A DNA stretch of 64,000 nt from Octopus sinensis (lineage: Eukaryota). Of the stretch, positions 34,783 to 48,435 are shown in pieces; positions within the stretch are counted from its first letter, which is position 1; every line of letters starts with the position of its first letter. Below the pieces are notes generated by a model that made no database searches, was not told the DNA's origin, and saw only the letters and a program-made list of their open reading frames with translations. The stretch is from the NCBI RefSeq assembly GCF_006345805.1, contig NC_043001.1, positions 131,006,001 through 131,070,000 on the forward strand. The letters run 5' to 3'. A program made the translations under genes and the position numbers.

Positions 34783-36174
34783 TTTATTTATTTTTTATTG
34801 ATTTATCAAGGACTAAACTAATAAACACATCTTGTAGTAGTGATCTACAGAGTATTGAGAAAAAAAATTTATTACTTCTTCAGTTTAACTAACTATATAA
34901 AATATGAATTATAGATAATTTTCTTAAAATATTGCTTTACATGTAAAATAAATAAATAAACATTAATTAAAATTTGGTTAACCCATGAGAAATTCAACAC
35001 TATTTTCTCCTACTTTCTCTTGCAGCAGGAATTCAAAACTAACATAAAGAATATGGATGTAATACCTGAGAATGTCATAAATTTTGGGGGATTGCTTGGA
35101 AAAATTCAAAGGAACAACACTAGAAGAGACCCTATTATTTCATGCATTGGCAAAACTAACACGACATTTATCATAATGTGAAAGGTGTTAGAAGTGACCA
35201 AACAAAAAAAACAATAGCTATATCATATGTACACCCAGAAACATGCATGCTCACAACACACACATACATACACACACACACACATTTCTATGAAAATCGG
35301 TCATATTGAAAGTAATTTGATTACATATGATGTATTCTTGTTATTCAAAAAGTAATTATTCCTCTAGCATTTATTATGCTATAAAATTTCAATTATACTT
35401 GACTGAGACAGGATTCAGACCTCATAATTTCTAAACTTATCAACTAAGATTTTTCAAAATGTTCATTATAAATGCATACAGGCATATTTTGATGAGGAAG
35501 CTAATGAGAAGCATAGATTTCTTATGAAAGCAGTTTAAGCCATAAAAATGTGACATATAGTTTGATTAGGATGTGATAAAAGATTCACTTGGAACAAAAT
35601 ACATTTCTCCCCTATCCTTTTACAAATCTTGCCTTTCTTTGTCTTTGCAAGAAAAAAACTGACATGAAAATTGTTTATGCAATTTAATATTGGAGAAAAT
35701 GTCAGTATGAAATGCTGTTGCTAATTTTATACATATTCACTTTAATTTTGAGATATGAATCATACGATAACCATAACATACAACACATATGCAACAAACA
35801 AAGGATTTTCTACATGGTTACACAATCTGCTAGAAAAAGTAGTTAAGTCTTCCTCAAATCATACTTCAGTGTCTTAGAAAGGAAGGTTACACGGGATATT
35901 GTGGTCCTTGATGTTCTGTCTTTTGTAAAAGAAGGCAGGATATTCATAGATAGAATGCTTTTAACTGTAGGTTTGCTTGCCCACTCAAAACTAATCTGAG
36001 GGCTAAAAAATAACAATAAGAACTCATTTGCAGCAATAGTACAGGATACTGCTGTTGTTGTCGTTGTTGATGGTGGTGGTGACGTTTTTACATCTCCTTT
36101 CATGTTGGCATGGGTTGGACAAGATGTTTTGAGGTAGTATTCTATAGCTAAGTCCACTTTGTGCAGAATACCTA

Positions 36175-36395
36175 TTTCTTTACTACCCACTAGGGGCTAA
36201 ACACAGAGAGGACAAACAAGGACAGACAAACGGATCAAGTCGATTATATCGACCCCAGTGTGTAACTGGTACTTATTTAATCGACCCCGAAAGGATGAAA
36301 GGCAAAGTCGACCTTGGTGGAATTTGAACTTAGAACGTAACGGCAGAACGAAATACCGCTCAGCATTTCGCCTGGCGTGCTAACGTTTCTGCCAG
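36175..36395 (-). mobile_element. SINE-B2, young full copy
   Basis: Reverse complement of the 25109-25325 type. Confidence 0.85.
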
Positions 36396-36720
36396 AATAC
36401 CTGACTGGATGACTACATCGATACTTCATAATCAGTTTTTATGGTTGAGACTTGCTTATCCTTATTTACTAGGAAGAAGTATTATTAAGTGGCATAAAAA
36501 AGATGATTAAATTGGTTTAAAATGTGGTGGTCACAGTGGCAGTTGGAATCCTTATAGAGCCAAAGAAATTGGTTCCATGGTTTTTCAGATTGCTGATATT
36601 ATTTACTGAATCACAACTCTTAACAGAAGTATCCATTTTTTGCTGATGGAACACGATTTGAATTCAGAATGTACAGATACAGTATAGATACCACAAATTA
36701 TCCTGCCTAATACTCTAATA

Positions 36721-36861
36721 TTAGGTTGTCCCAAAAGTTCGTAAACACTTGTGAAAATTGAATTTTTACTCGCCAAATACTAACAAAAACAACAAAAATT
36801 ATTCCTCAAAATAAAGACCATTATTTTCCAAGACTTTCTACGAACTTTTGGGACAACCTTA
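36721..36861. mobile_element. 141-bp mariner-type MITE
   Basis: 23-bp TIRs ttaggttgtcccaaaagttcgta / tacgaacttttgggacaacctta (one mismatch), TA on both flanks. Confidence 0.9.
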
Positions 36862-37390
36862 TAATTCTAATAATTTGTCACTCTAGATGGGTACTATTTT
36901 TCACTGATCCCCAAAGAATGAAAAGTGATGTTAATCTCACCAAGATTTGAACTCAGAGCATAGTGTGTCAGGAAAGATATCACAAAGCGTTTTATCTAAG
37001 ACTTGAATGACACCACCAACTCACTGCTTTTAACATAGTTTATTGTACTCCTTTTATTACTAACCACAGTGATGTTATTGAAACACTTCTGTGAAATAAA
37101 GATGTGCTGAAGTAACATAAAAGTTTTAGCACATTGTTGATAATGAAATCATGTGAATCTTCACTTGATTGCAATTTTGACTAGAGGACATGCTAATAAG
37201 AAAAAGTTGATGTTAACAAAGATTTTCCAAATAATCTTTCTTATTATATAGCAATATCCCTAGGACACACTTCATAATTATTTCCTCTCGTCATTGTTAT
37301 TTCCATCTTCAGGTAACATTCACAAGTTACAGCTAATGTATTTTGAGATTACCATTTGATAAAACTCATGTCATATATTTCTATTTTATG

Positions 37391-37781
37391 AGTGCAGGAG
37401 TGGCTGTGTGGTAAGTAGCTTGCTTAACAACCACATGGTTCCAGGTTCAGCCCCACTGCATGTTGCCTTGGGCAAGTGTCTTCTACGATAGCCTCGGGCC
37501 GAGTAAAGCCTTGTGAGTGGATTTGTTAGACAGAAACTGAAAGAAGCCCATCGTATACATGTATATATATATATGTGTGTGTGTGTTTATGAGTCTGTGT
37601 TTGTCCCCACAACATTGCTTGACAACCGATGCTGGTGTGTTTACATCCCCGTAACTTAGCAGTTCGGCAAAAGAGACCAATAGAATAAGTACTAGGCTTA
37701 CAAAGAATAAGTCAATTTGCTCGACTAAAAGGTGGTGCTCCAACATGGCCGCAGTCAAATGACTGAAACAAGTAAAAGAGT
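37391..37781 (+). mobile_element. SINE-A, full length
   Basis: Complete match. Confidence 0.9.
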
Positions 37782-38060
37782 ATATCTATAGATATTCATA
37801 TTTGTTTAACTTGAAAAAGTGTCACTGTTCCTTAATGAACCTTTTTTCTGAAATTTCCACTGATGTCCAAAATTATTGTAGTATAATGCATGAAGAAAAA
37901 AAATCCCTTTACCAAAGTCACCACAAGGTGAAACAGGGGGGATACAAGAAAAGGGACAGTGGAAAACTGATGGTTGTAGTGGATGATAGTAGAGCAGGAT
38001 CATTAGTGTGAGATACAGAAAAACATAATGCCTATTTCATACTGCTTACAGCCACTTTAA

Positions 38061-38451
38061 CCCTTTTGTTACTGTATTTATTTTGAGATGCTCTATGTTT
38101 CATTCAATTACTTAAAATATAACAAAGAACTTAGTAAAATAACTTAGTTACCATTCAGCTAGTGTTAGGAACATAAATTGTGACTAAGGTTTTGTGGAAG
38201 ATTTTAATTCAAAACTTATGAAAACAAGACATTTGTCTTGTTTTCATAAGTAGAAGACACTTGCCCATATCGTAGAAGACACTTGCCCATATCGTAGAAG
38301 ACACTTGCCCAAGGCAACATGCAGCGGGGCTGAACCTGGAACCATGTGGTTGGTAAGCAAGCTACTTACCACACAGCCACTCCTGCACTCATAAATGATC
38401 CTGCTCTATGCAGAGCCAGAACTAGTTTCAGCTGGGTTGGTAACAAAAGGG
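38061..38451. mobile_element. piggyBac-like MITE P2 with a complex internal insertion
   Basis: TTAA-cccttttgttac...gtaacaaaaggg-TTAA; internal snap-back, 22-bp triplication and SINE-A head (38234-38400). Confidence 0.85.
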
Positions 38452-38735
38452 TTAATGCGACTGTCCTCTAAGAGATGACAATACTGCCATTTAACCCCAG
38501 GTAAACATCTCCTTCAGCTGGTTTATTTAGTGCACTTCTCACACCTGATATTTATAGCAAGCGGGAGATAACTCCTGTCACCTTAGCTTGCCTATTTCAT
38601 TTTCTCTTAAATTTCTTTATCGCTGTTTCTCTCTTCAGCTCTTTCATTCACCCTCTACCTTATTCTAATTCTTTCTCTCTTTCTTACACCCACTTTGACA
38701 CTCATCTCTTGTAGATGACAATGTATAGTTAGAAT

Positions 38736-39046
38736 CCGGGCGTTGTGAGTGTTTATTGAGCGAAAACACCTAAAGCTCCACGAGGCTCCGGCAGGGATGG
38801 TGGTGTTCCCTGCTGTACTCTTTCACCACAACTTTCTCTCACTCTTACTTCCTGCTTCTGTTGTACCTGTATTTCAAAGGGCCGGCCTTGTCACTCTCTG
38901 TGTCACGCTGAATATCCCCGAGAATTACGTTAAGGGTACACGTGTCTGTGGAGTGCTCAGCCACTTACACGTTAATTTCACGAGCAGGCTGTTCCGTTGA
39001 TCGGATAAACAGGAACCCTCGTCGTCGTAACCGACAGAGTGCTTCC
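38736..39046 (+). mobile_element. SINE-C group chimera: body Y + tail 1 (head missing)
   Basis: Matches 28430-28550 up to about 38862, then switches to the tail of 3948-4272. Confidence 0.8.
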
Positions 39047-39441
39047 ATCCATAGTTAGAATACAAGGACACTAGTTATTTGTTAGTATTTTCTACCGTAG
39101 AAGATAAGAAATAATCTCTTGATTTGTTTCACATCTAAACATAGATGCATATAGATGCTCAGCCACAATGGATATTCAGGGAATGTTTTATTACATCAGA
39201 TTATAATAAAATAATCGCTCTTTATAAATAAATAGATAAATGAATAAATCTTTATGTCAGGTTACAGATAAATGTGTCCCAGTTATTAGTAACCTAATAT
39301 AGTAAAGTGTTCCCAAATTATCTGTTGTGGTTGAGCATTTATATGCATTTGGGACAGCCATCATAAGATTCTAAACAACCACAATGGTAAAACATATGTC
39401 AGAACTTTAAAATAAGAAACCTGTGTTTATCCTTATTTCTT

Positions 39442-39755
39442 GTATGGCTTAGTGGTTAGGGCATTCAGCTTGTGATTGTAAGGTCATGAGTTCAATTCCA
39501 AGTGGTATGTTGTGTCCTTGAGCAAGACACTTTATTTCCTGTTGCTCCAGTCTAATCAGCTGGCAAAAATGAGCTGTACCTGTAATTTAACGGGTCAGCC
39601 TTGTCATATTCTCTGTCATGGTAAATCTTGTTGAGAACTACATAAAGGGCATGCATGTCTGAGGAGTACTCAGCCATTTACATGTTAATTTCAAGAGCAG
39701 GCTGTTCTGTTGATTGGATTAGCAGGAACCCTCATTGTTATAAATGACAGAGCCC
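39442..39755 (+). mobile_element. SINE-C group: head + body X + tail 1
   Basis: Colinear with 3948-4272. Confidence 0.8.
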
Positions 39756-39804
39756 CAGTTAAGTTTATATATATATATAAGTTTATATATATATAATGTG
39801 ACCT

Positions 39805-39998
39805 CGTGTGTACCGTTGGCGATTTTTTTTCCTCTGTCTTCCTTTCTCTGGATCTTTCCTTCTCCTATGTTTTCGACGAAGAGCTCCGCTCGAAATGTTA
39901 AACCCTCCTACTTTCCTTCTTTCCTGAGCGTCCAATAATACTATATTTGTTCCACGTCCTTGCGTTGTTGTGTTTTTTTTGTGCTTTCTTGTTTGGAT

Positions 39999-40005
<7 letters not shown>
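39805..40005 (+). mobile_element. Penelope-like terminal fragment with decayed minimal hammerhead (39869-39903)
   Basis: Paralog of 11430-11640; gttt-TCGACGA-a-gagc tcc gctc-GAAA-tgtt-aaac; followed by (TA)n. Confidence 0.6.
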
Positions 40006-40042
<37 letters not shown>

Positions 40043-40045
<3 letters not shown>

Positions 40046-40175
40046 CAAAATTACAGTAAACAAAAGACGAGGACAGGTGAGAGAACAGCAAGCAAGTGTA
40101 TTAGTTTGATGCTCGGGAAGAATGGAAAAGTCTTTGATGCTTCAAGCCTACGATCTTCAACAGAAAGGATCAAGA
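40043..40175 (-). mobile_element. Related Penelope-like terminal fragment, opposite strand, decayed hammerhead (40132-40167)
   Basis: Minus strand reads cttt-CTGTTGA-a-gatc gtag gctt-GAAG-catc-aaag. Confidence 0.45.
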
Positions 40176-40832
40176 GGTAAACATGGAGAGAGAGCAAAAA
40201 TGTGTAGGGACTACCAGTTTAACATGATGAAATGATGAGAAGTACTCTGTTCCTTGTTCTGTATATGTGTATCTATATGTGTGAAAGAAGCTATGGGGCC
40301 TTTTATGAATATTTACCTGTAATGTTACTTTCCAGAGCACACGCCTGAGCAATTGTTTTTAATGGGCTACCTGCTGTTGCTTACGCATGCAAGTCCTCCA
40401 TCTCCATGCCACCAATGCCAAATGCTATTACAAGAATTGCTTTTAGACCCTAAAGAGCTTGAACATATCAGCGCCCACAATGTTATTCCAATTAATACTC
40501 TAACAATTCTGTCAGTCCATCTGCCAGAATAGATTATTTATGGACATTCAGATGATGAAAAATAAAGTTACCCTTGGCAGGATTTGAACAAAGAACGCAG
40601 GGAACTGGAGCAACTACTGCAAGGTATTCTATCAGATATTCTCATAATTGACTCAGTTCTGTGTAGGTTATGTCGAATCCAGCCTTGATGACTGATACAT
40701 CAGGCTCCTGTCCGTAGTTGTTCCTATATCAAAGAAACGTGCAGTCTTGTGTTCAACTGCAAGCATATATTTGTTAATCCCAAGAAGACAGCCATAATGA
40801 TGTTGGCATGTGAAATATTTTAACAGCTTTAA

Positions 40833-41051
40833 CCCTTTAGCATTCAGATTATTCTATCAAACATAATGCCTATTGATTCCCATTGATTTGAATTAATCAT
40901 GCATTATCTCATATCTTCAAGATCTTGATGGTGTAATTACTTAATGTAGAATAACATTGTAGGGTAGGTGTGAGAGCCTGGATCTTGTCAGTTTGAACAT
41001 AAAACAGATTAGCTATTTTGGCCAGATATGGCTGGTTTAAATACTAAAGGG
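40833..41051 (-). mobile_element. piggyBac-like MITE P1
   Basis: TTAA-ccctttagcatt...aatactaaaggg-TTAA. Confidence 0.85.
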
Positions 41052-41674
41052 TTAATATAATTTAGTTTGTTGTTATTTGACTCCAGGTCAGACCTAACTG
41101 GGTAGATCTATGAAAGGTAGTCCAACCATGACTACTCCATTTTTCTCTTGAACACTGGGTGTCTAGAACTAAATTTTATCCAAAGTATCACTTCATTTTT
41201 CAAAATAGTAAATTGTAATTTGAGAGATATTTAGCTATTCATTTCGCAGATCACGCAACTCTGTGAAGAATCCCTTGCAATTTAAATGTAGCATTGTATA
41301 ATAATGTAATGTTATTGTTGTTGATTGTCATTGGTAAACTCTGATTGAGCTTGCCTATGATCATAAGTGCTCTAGCTGTATCCATTCAGAAATTTTTGAG
41401 GGTAACTATCTGGAAATACATTAGTAGATGCTATTATTCTTCCTCTTTTAATTGTTTTTACTGGTTTCTGTCACTGAACTGCAGTCATACTGTGGTACTT
41501 ATTCAAGGGTTTAATCCATCATATCAACACTGGGACTTATTTTTAAGTGTGATACTTATTTTATCAAGCTCTATTTGTCAAACGAGCTAAACACTTCATA
41601 TAAACAAATTTCAGCACAGACGCACACACAAACATATATAACACACATGCATACACAAACATATATAACACACA

Positions 41675-41728
<54 letters not shown>

Positions 41729-41869
41729 GAAATGAGGTACTCAGAAAATCGGATGGTTTATATTTACAGATATTTATTTGTATATTACATTTTTTATACA
41801 TCATATAACTTAGATCATGTATTAGCGCTTTCTCCCATTCTAGTGGAGTTTTCAAATCAAACTAAGTTC

Positions 41870-41912
<43 letters not shown>

Positions 41913-41914
41913 AT

Positions 41915-42075
41915 ATATTCTTTTCTACTCTAGGCACAAGGTCTGAAATTTTGGGGAAGGATGAAAGGCAAAGTCAACCTCGGCAAAATTTGAACTCAGA
42001 ATGTAAAGGCAGATGAAACACCGCTAAGTATTTCGCACAAGAATGCTAACATTTCTGCTAGCTCGCCACCTTGCA
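41915..42075 (-). mobile_element. SINE-B with internal deletion
   Basis: ggcacaaggtctgaaatt...ggatgaaaggcaaagtcaacctcggc...gctagctcgccacctt. Confidence 0.75.
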
Positions 42076-43844
42076 AACATTTATATTACATATATGGTGG
42101 ACCTCTGCACTGCTTTTGTCAATCAAATTCACTAAAAAGGTAATGGTTAGCTCTTGGCTATAATAAAAGACACCTGTCCAAGGTGTCATTCAGTGAAATG
42201 GAATTCAAAACCATGTGGTTGTGAAACAAAACTTCATACTAACAGCCATGCCTTCAACAGTAAACATGAATCCATACTATAGTAAATAAGATATATATAG
42301 GATATGTTTCCAATTAATTTTTGCTAGGTGAACTCACATGTATAGAATTAAGTATACAGTATCCAAATGTAGAGCAAAATGCTTGCAGTGAAATTAAACT
42401 CAAACTTGATGAGCAGATAGCCAAACATCATCTCTACTTAGAAATTTTGCTTTTTATCAGAAGAATATTTTTGGACGAAGATAATTTCAATTGCTGAATC
42501 ATCAATGTATCTGATTCTCATCAATATTGTTGCTATTGCTGGAGTCCCTTTTGTTTCATTTTCACAAAATGAAGGATATCATAATTGGAGACAGGTACCT
42601 CACAGATATATTATTAACTAACAATTATAATCATAGATGCTATATGACAGGATTCATAGAAAGTAATAAGTTTATATCCTGAAGTTTTCTACTCAAAGAA
42701 TTAATCCCCATCACAGTCAGTCTAATATTTAAATTTGTTATTCATAGGAAAATATTCTAACTGCAGTTTGAACTGGTTCACTCAGTAAAATACACATAAC
42801 ATCAAAATAACAACAATGAACAACTAGACAAATAAATAAAGTAATGATAATAAGGAAACAAAAGAAATAAGGTAGAACAGATACATCAAACATATGACTT
42901 AATTAAACAAACAATATAAAGCAAAAATAAACCAATACAAAAAAATAAATTGAAAATAAATGTAAGACCTGATTTAAATTCTTGAATGCTTATTATGAAA
43001 ATAAAGTAAGTCCATACCGATTCCAAGACAGTGGAATTATATTTATTTTTATTATATTTATTATATTTATCTATTTCTTTCTTTTTATAAAGTGAAATTA
43101 CTTTGACATACACCTACCTACTTAACCCAATATAACAAACATAAACACAATCATATCTACACAGAAACTATTTCAGATTGATCCACTACTCACACAAACA
43201 TTTCTGAACTATACATACATCGGCATACATATATGCATATCTATATATATCCACATACAAATACATACACTTCATCTAAATGAATATATTCACTCGGAGA
43301 TAAAAATTCATATACACTTAAACACAACCACACATCCCCACGTCGTATTTATAATGTATATATATTGATGTGGGATTAAACTGATTGAATGGTGAGGTTT
43401 TCATTTATTTTTGTTGATGTTGTTGTTGCTATTGTCGTTGTTCTTGATGAGGATGACGTCTTTGTAGTTGACTATGGAAGCTTCCTTCTCATTTATTGAT
43501 GTGGTGTTTTAATTTTTGCTTTTGCGGCTTCGGAAATGGTCATTCGGAATAACGTATACTATAAATTTACGTTTGTTTCAAGGATAAATAGTTAAATCCC
43601 AGGATTGACTGTCTTAAGAAATGACAGCCTTGTTTCTTTCTATATGGAGGTGTGGAGAATGGGAAATTAAAGGAGAGATACAGGCAGAGAGAGACAGAGG
43701 GAGAGAAACACACAGAGAGGGGGAGAGAGAAATAAAGAAAATAAGTGGATCAGAGAGGGAAAGTAAGGGAAGAAATGTAGAGTTACAACAATATTTTGTT
43801 AAAATTAAATGCAAAACAACTAATAATTACATAAATGAAACTAT

Positions 43845-44250
43845 GTGTGTGCGTGTGTGTTTGTGTATAAATACACATATATATTTATATATAATATATA
43901 TGTACAAATGTGTGTGTGTGTGTCTATAGATAGACATACTGCATTTGTATGTATATGTGTGTATGTACAAACATGTACATACATATGCACACATATCCAT
44001 ATATACACATATTTACGTCTATATATGTATGTTTATATGCATGTATGTATATGTACAATATACTTATAAATATAAATATGTGTGTGTAAATATATGTATA
44101 CACACATATATACATATATATACACACACATATATATATATACTATATACACACCACACACATATATATATATATATATACATGTATGTATGCATTCAAG
44201 CATGTGTGTATATGTATGTAAATATATTTATGTACATACATATGTACATA
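43845..44250. repeat. Compound (TA)/(TG)/(CA) microsatellite field
   Basis: Interrupted dinucleotide runs. Confidence 0.85.
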
Positions 44251-44609
44251 ATGAAAATGCCTTTTCATTTTCATTTAGAATTACAATCAGACATAAAAGA
44301 AAAGAAAAGCTCTCTAACCAGGAACACATCTTTTTCTTTCTAAGAAACTCCAAGAAAACTGAACAGTAATCTTCTAATTCCATTTGATTTTAGTTAAGAA
44401 TTCTATCATGTTTGTTTTCTAGCAACTCGGTCATATATCCACTAATGTCAATGCAACTAAGACTAAGCAAGTATAAGACATATAGCTGAAATCTAAACTT
44501 TACACTTCTTTGAATATCCACCGGCAAAAGAAATCTTTCATAGGCTTATTGGAAGTTAATATCTTTTCCCCTCTTTCCTCTTATCTAATCTTATTAATTT
44601 CATCATTCA

Positions 44610-44654
<45 letters not shown>

Positions 44655-46312
44655 CATTATAGCATTTCTTTAATAAATAATAAATAAACAATAATTAGAC
44701 ACACACACACACACATATAAATATGTGTACATATATTTTTATAAACAGTGGTGTATACATGCACACACATTCAAACTCATATGAAATTTTTATTTTAATT
44801 TAAATTTTTTTTCTTCTTTTCAAAATATGGTTTTGTTGTGTTATTTTTGTGATATTAGTGTGTAGTTCATATTTATTTTTGATCCTTATGAACGAATGTA
44901 TCAGTCAGTAGGCTTGCAGTGAACAACTGACATGTCTTCTTTTGTTGTAATATATTTTTACATTACCCCCTGATATTTCCTCAGTTCAAAGCTAACTTAA
45001 AATTACATAGTATAAAAATTTCTACGCAGAATGCGAAACCATTTCACAAGCGTCCAGCATGTGTACAGTAAATCCTTTTACTTCAAGTCAAACACAAAAC
45101 AAAACTTATATTAATTATTTGACTCCCTAATCAGATTACTTCACCAGAAAAGCACGAGCTCCAATGTACGAAAATTAGATTCAACCAAGGATAAATCTCA
45201 TAAAACATCACAAGTTATAAAAATAGACAAACAACTATATGTCATGTTTGTTGTTATGTTGGATTTGTGAGAATCTCATTTCTTTTCTGTATGTATATAT
45301 ATTTATGTTTGTATATCTGTGCAAGTGATAGGACATGCTTTTGTGATAGATTCTTTGTATGTGAGGAAGTTCTTACACAAGGTATTAAAAAAAAAGAACA
45401 AAAATGTAAGAAATATTTTTTGAAAAATTAAAATTAAAACTCAAAATTTTTTGAAAACAAACAAAAAAATTTTTGAAAAGATCTTTAAAATTATTATCTA
45501 ATATTGAAAATAATCTTCGAGATGCCATTTAATTGCAATATGAAGGATTCTATAATTGAATAAAATCACCATGAGGCATAATAGCTAATATGCTATAATA
45601 GATATAAATGATAAGTGAATTGGGATATTTGCACATGTATATTTATGTCTATATGTGTTTGAATATATATACATGTGTGTGTGTGTGGTGTGTGTGTGTG
45701 TGCATATGCATTCATGCATTTGATATATAATAATATTAAATATTTCAAGATATTAAATAAAAGAATACAATAACTTTTAAATCAACACAAAAACTCAACA
45801 AAAATAAAAAGGAAAATACTGAAGATTTTCAAGTTATGAAATATATACATTCAAGTCTTGTCACTTTATAATCGTGACACATAAAATATATATATATAAA
45901 TATAAATGAATAAATTCAGACATGTATGTATGTATGTATTATGTGTGATTAAGAAGTTCACTTCCCTACCACATGGTTTCAGGATCAGTCCTACTGCGTG
46001 ATGCCTTGGGCAAGTGTCTTCTAGTAGAGCTCCAGGCCAACCAAAGTCTTGTGAGTGGATTTGGAATATGGAAGCTAAAAGAGGCCTAGTGTGTGTATAT
46101 ATATATGTGTGAGTGTATATGTATATACATGTGTGTGTAGTGTGTTTGTGTATATATGTGTGTGTGTGCATGCATTTGCATATGTGCAGTGTGCGTTTAT
46201 GTATTAATGTGTATGTGTATATCTATGTATGTTTGTTCCCTTTTGCTTTGGCATTGCAAGATTGCTATAAATGAGTATCCTTATCATATGAACACTATTA
46301 TTTGTTCCCAAA

Positions 46313-46530
46313 AGGGCAGTGAACTGGCAGAAAAGTTATCATGCCGGGCGAAATGCTTAGCGGTATTTCATCTGCCGTTATGTTCTGAGTTCAAATTCCA
46401 TCGAGGTTGACTTTGCCTTTCATCCTTTCAGGGTCAATAAATTAAGTACTAGTTATGTACTGGGGGTCGATGTAATCGACTTAACCCCTTTGTCTGTCCT
46501 TGCTTGTCTCCTCTATTTTTAGTCCCTTGT
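46313..46530 (+). mobile_element. SINE-B2
   Basis: SINE-B body plus B2-type tail. Confidence 0.8.
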
Positions 46531-46679
46531 AGGCAATAAAGAAATAACTATTATTTGTTCCCAATCTTCCATGAAAACATGTATGGGGAAATATTACATT
46601 GCTAGGAAACAAACGAACATTGGTGACTGGAAGAGCATCCAAACATAGAAAATCTGCCTTTGACAAACACAGTATAACT

Positions 46680-47364
46680 CAATGATTCTCAACTGAGGTC
46701 CATTTGACCCTAGAGGGTCTAGATAAGATTCTGTTGTTAAAAATCATGCGCTTTAAATTGTTTGTACTTCTACAATACACAAAATATATTTTAAAATTTT
46801 GTATAGGCGCAGGAGTGGCTGTGTGGTAAGTAGCTTACTTACCAACCACATGGTTCCGGGTTCAGTCCCACTGTGTGGCACCTTGGGAAAGTGTCTTCTA
46901 CTATAGCCTCGGGCCAACCAAAGCCTTGTGAGTGGATTTGGTAGACGGAAACTGAAAGAAGCCTGCCGTATATATGTATGTATATATGTATGTGTGTGTA
47001 TATATTTGTGTGTCTGTGTTTGTCCTCCCCCCCCCCAATATCGCTTGACAACCGATGGTGGTGTGTTTGCATTCCCGTAACTTAGCGGTTCGGCAAAAAG
47101 AGACCGATAGAATAAGTACTAGGCTTACAAAGAATAAGTCCTGGGGTTGATTTGCTTGACTAGAGGCGGTGCTCCAGCATGGCCGCAGTCAAATGACTGA
47201 AACAAGTAAAAGAGTAAAGAGTAGAGAGTAATACCATTCTTAACTATATTTAAGTATAAAAATATAACAGGATTTTTGTAAATATCCAAAATCTATGGGG
47301 ATTCAGAAGAGTAAAATAAGAATCAAAGGGGTCCATAGGCAAAAAAAATTGCTGAGGATCACTG
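46680..47364. mobile_element. hAT-like MITE interrupted by a full-length SINE-A (46805-47230)
   Basis: caatgattctcaac...tgaggatcactg ends and an interior homologous to 4398-4653; SINE-A in the middle. Confidence 0.7.
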
Positions 47365-47663
47365 CTCTAATCTATGCATGCAGGAAAAAGTGGATGTTAA
47401 ATTGATGAGGATGATAAGACTGTGTAACACAAATTTTGTCCTTGGGTAGCAACTATTATTTCCTATTTATTTACCTCTGGAAAGTATGAAAAATGGCGAA
47501 TATTTCCTACAAACTTTGTTATTGTTATGATATTTATTCAAACCCCAAAGAATCCCTCTCAACACATGGATATGATGCTGCCTTGCTACATTTATTCCAG
47601 TTCTTTACATTTTAAATTCAAGTCCTACTGAAGTTAATCTGCCTTTCATCTTTTCAGGGTTAA

Positions 47664-47884
47664 CCCTTTCGTTACCAACCCGGCTGAAACCGGCTTTGGC
47701 TCTTTAGTATAAATGTCTTGTTTCCATAAGTTTTGAATTAAAATCTTCCACCAAACCTTAGTCACAATTTATGTTCCTAACATTAGCTTAATGATAACGA
47801 AGATATTTTACTAAATTCTTTGTTATATTTAAAGTAATTGAAAGAAACACGGAGCATCTCAAAATAAATACAGTAACGAAAGCA
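47664..47884. mobile_element. piggyBac-like MITE P2 (uninterrupted reference copy)
   Basis: TTAA-ccctttcgttacc...gtaacgaaag; reverse complement of 38061-38451 without the insertion. Confidence 0.75.
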
Positions 47885-47964
47885 CTAAGGATAATATAAT
47901 AGCTTGTCCCATACACTAGCTATTTGGCCTTATAAGAAATTATTGTTATTATTATTATTACAAG

Positions 47965-48435
47965 TAAAGCAGTGAGCTAGCTGAATCATTAGCATGCTAG
48001 GCAAAATGCCCAGTGACATTTGGTCCGTTTTTATGTTCTGAGTTCAAATTCTTCCGCAGTCATTTTTGCCTTTCATTCTTTTGGGTTTGATAAAATAAGT
48101 TCTAGTTGGACACTGGGATTGATATAATCGAATTACGCCTCCCCTGTATTCGATGGCTTTGTGCCAAAATTTGAAATCATCATCATTGTTATTATTATCA
48201 TTACTAGTCAGGCAGTGAGCTGGCAGAATCATTAGTGTGCTGGGCAAAATGTTTAGCAGCATTTCATCCATCTCTACATTCTGAGTTCGAATTCTGCCAA
48301 GGTCAACTCTGCCTTTCATCCTTTCAGGATTGATAAAATAAGTACCATTGAAACACTGGGGTCGATGTAATTGACAAGTCCCCTTCCCCAAATTTCAGGC
48401 CTTGTGCCTATAGTAGAAGGGATTATTATTATTAT
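47965..48435 (+). mobile_element. Tandem pair of SINE-B
   Basis: Two head-to-tail copies separated by (ATT)n-like sequence. Confidence 0.8.

Noticed and set aside
35026-35181. Strong pyrimidine tract-cag followed by 51 open codons (QEFKTNIKNMDVIPENV...)
   Set aside because: No recognisable homology or upstream exons; left as an unverified terminal-exon candidate.
40336-40532. 65 open codons after tttccag (HTPEQLFLMG...)
   Set aside because: No recognisable protein family; length within chance expectation for a 64-kb six-frame scan.
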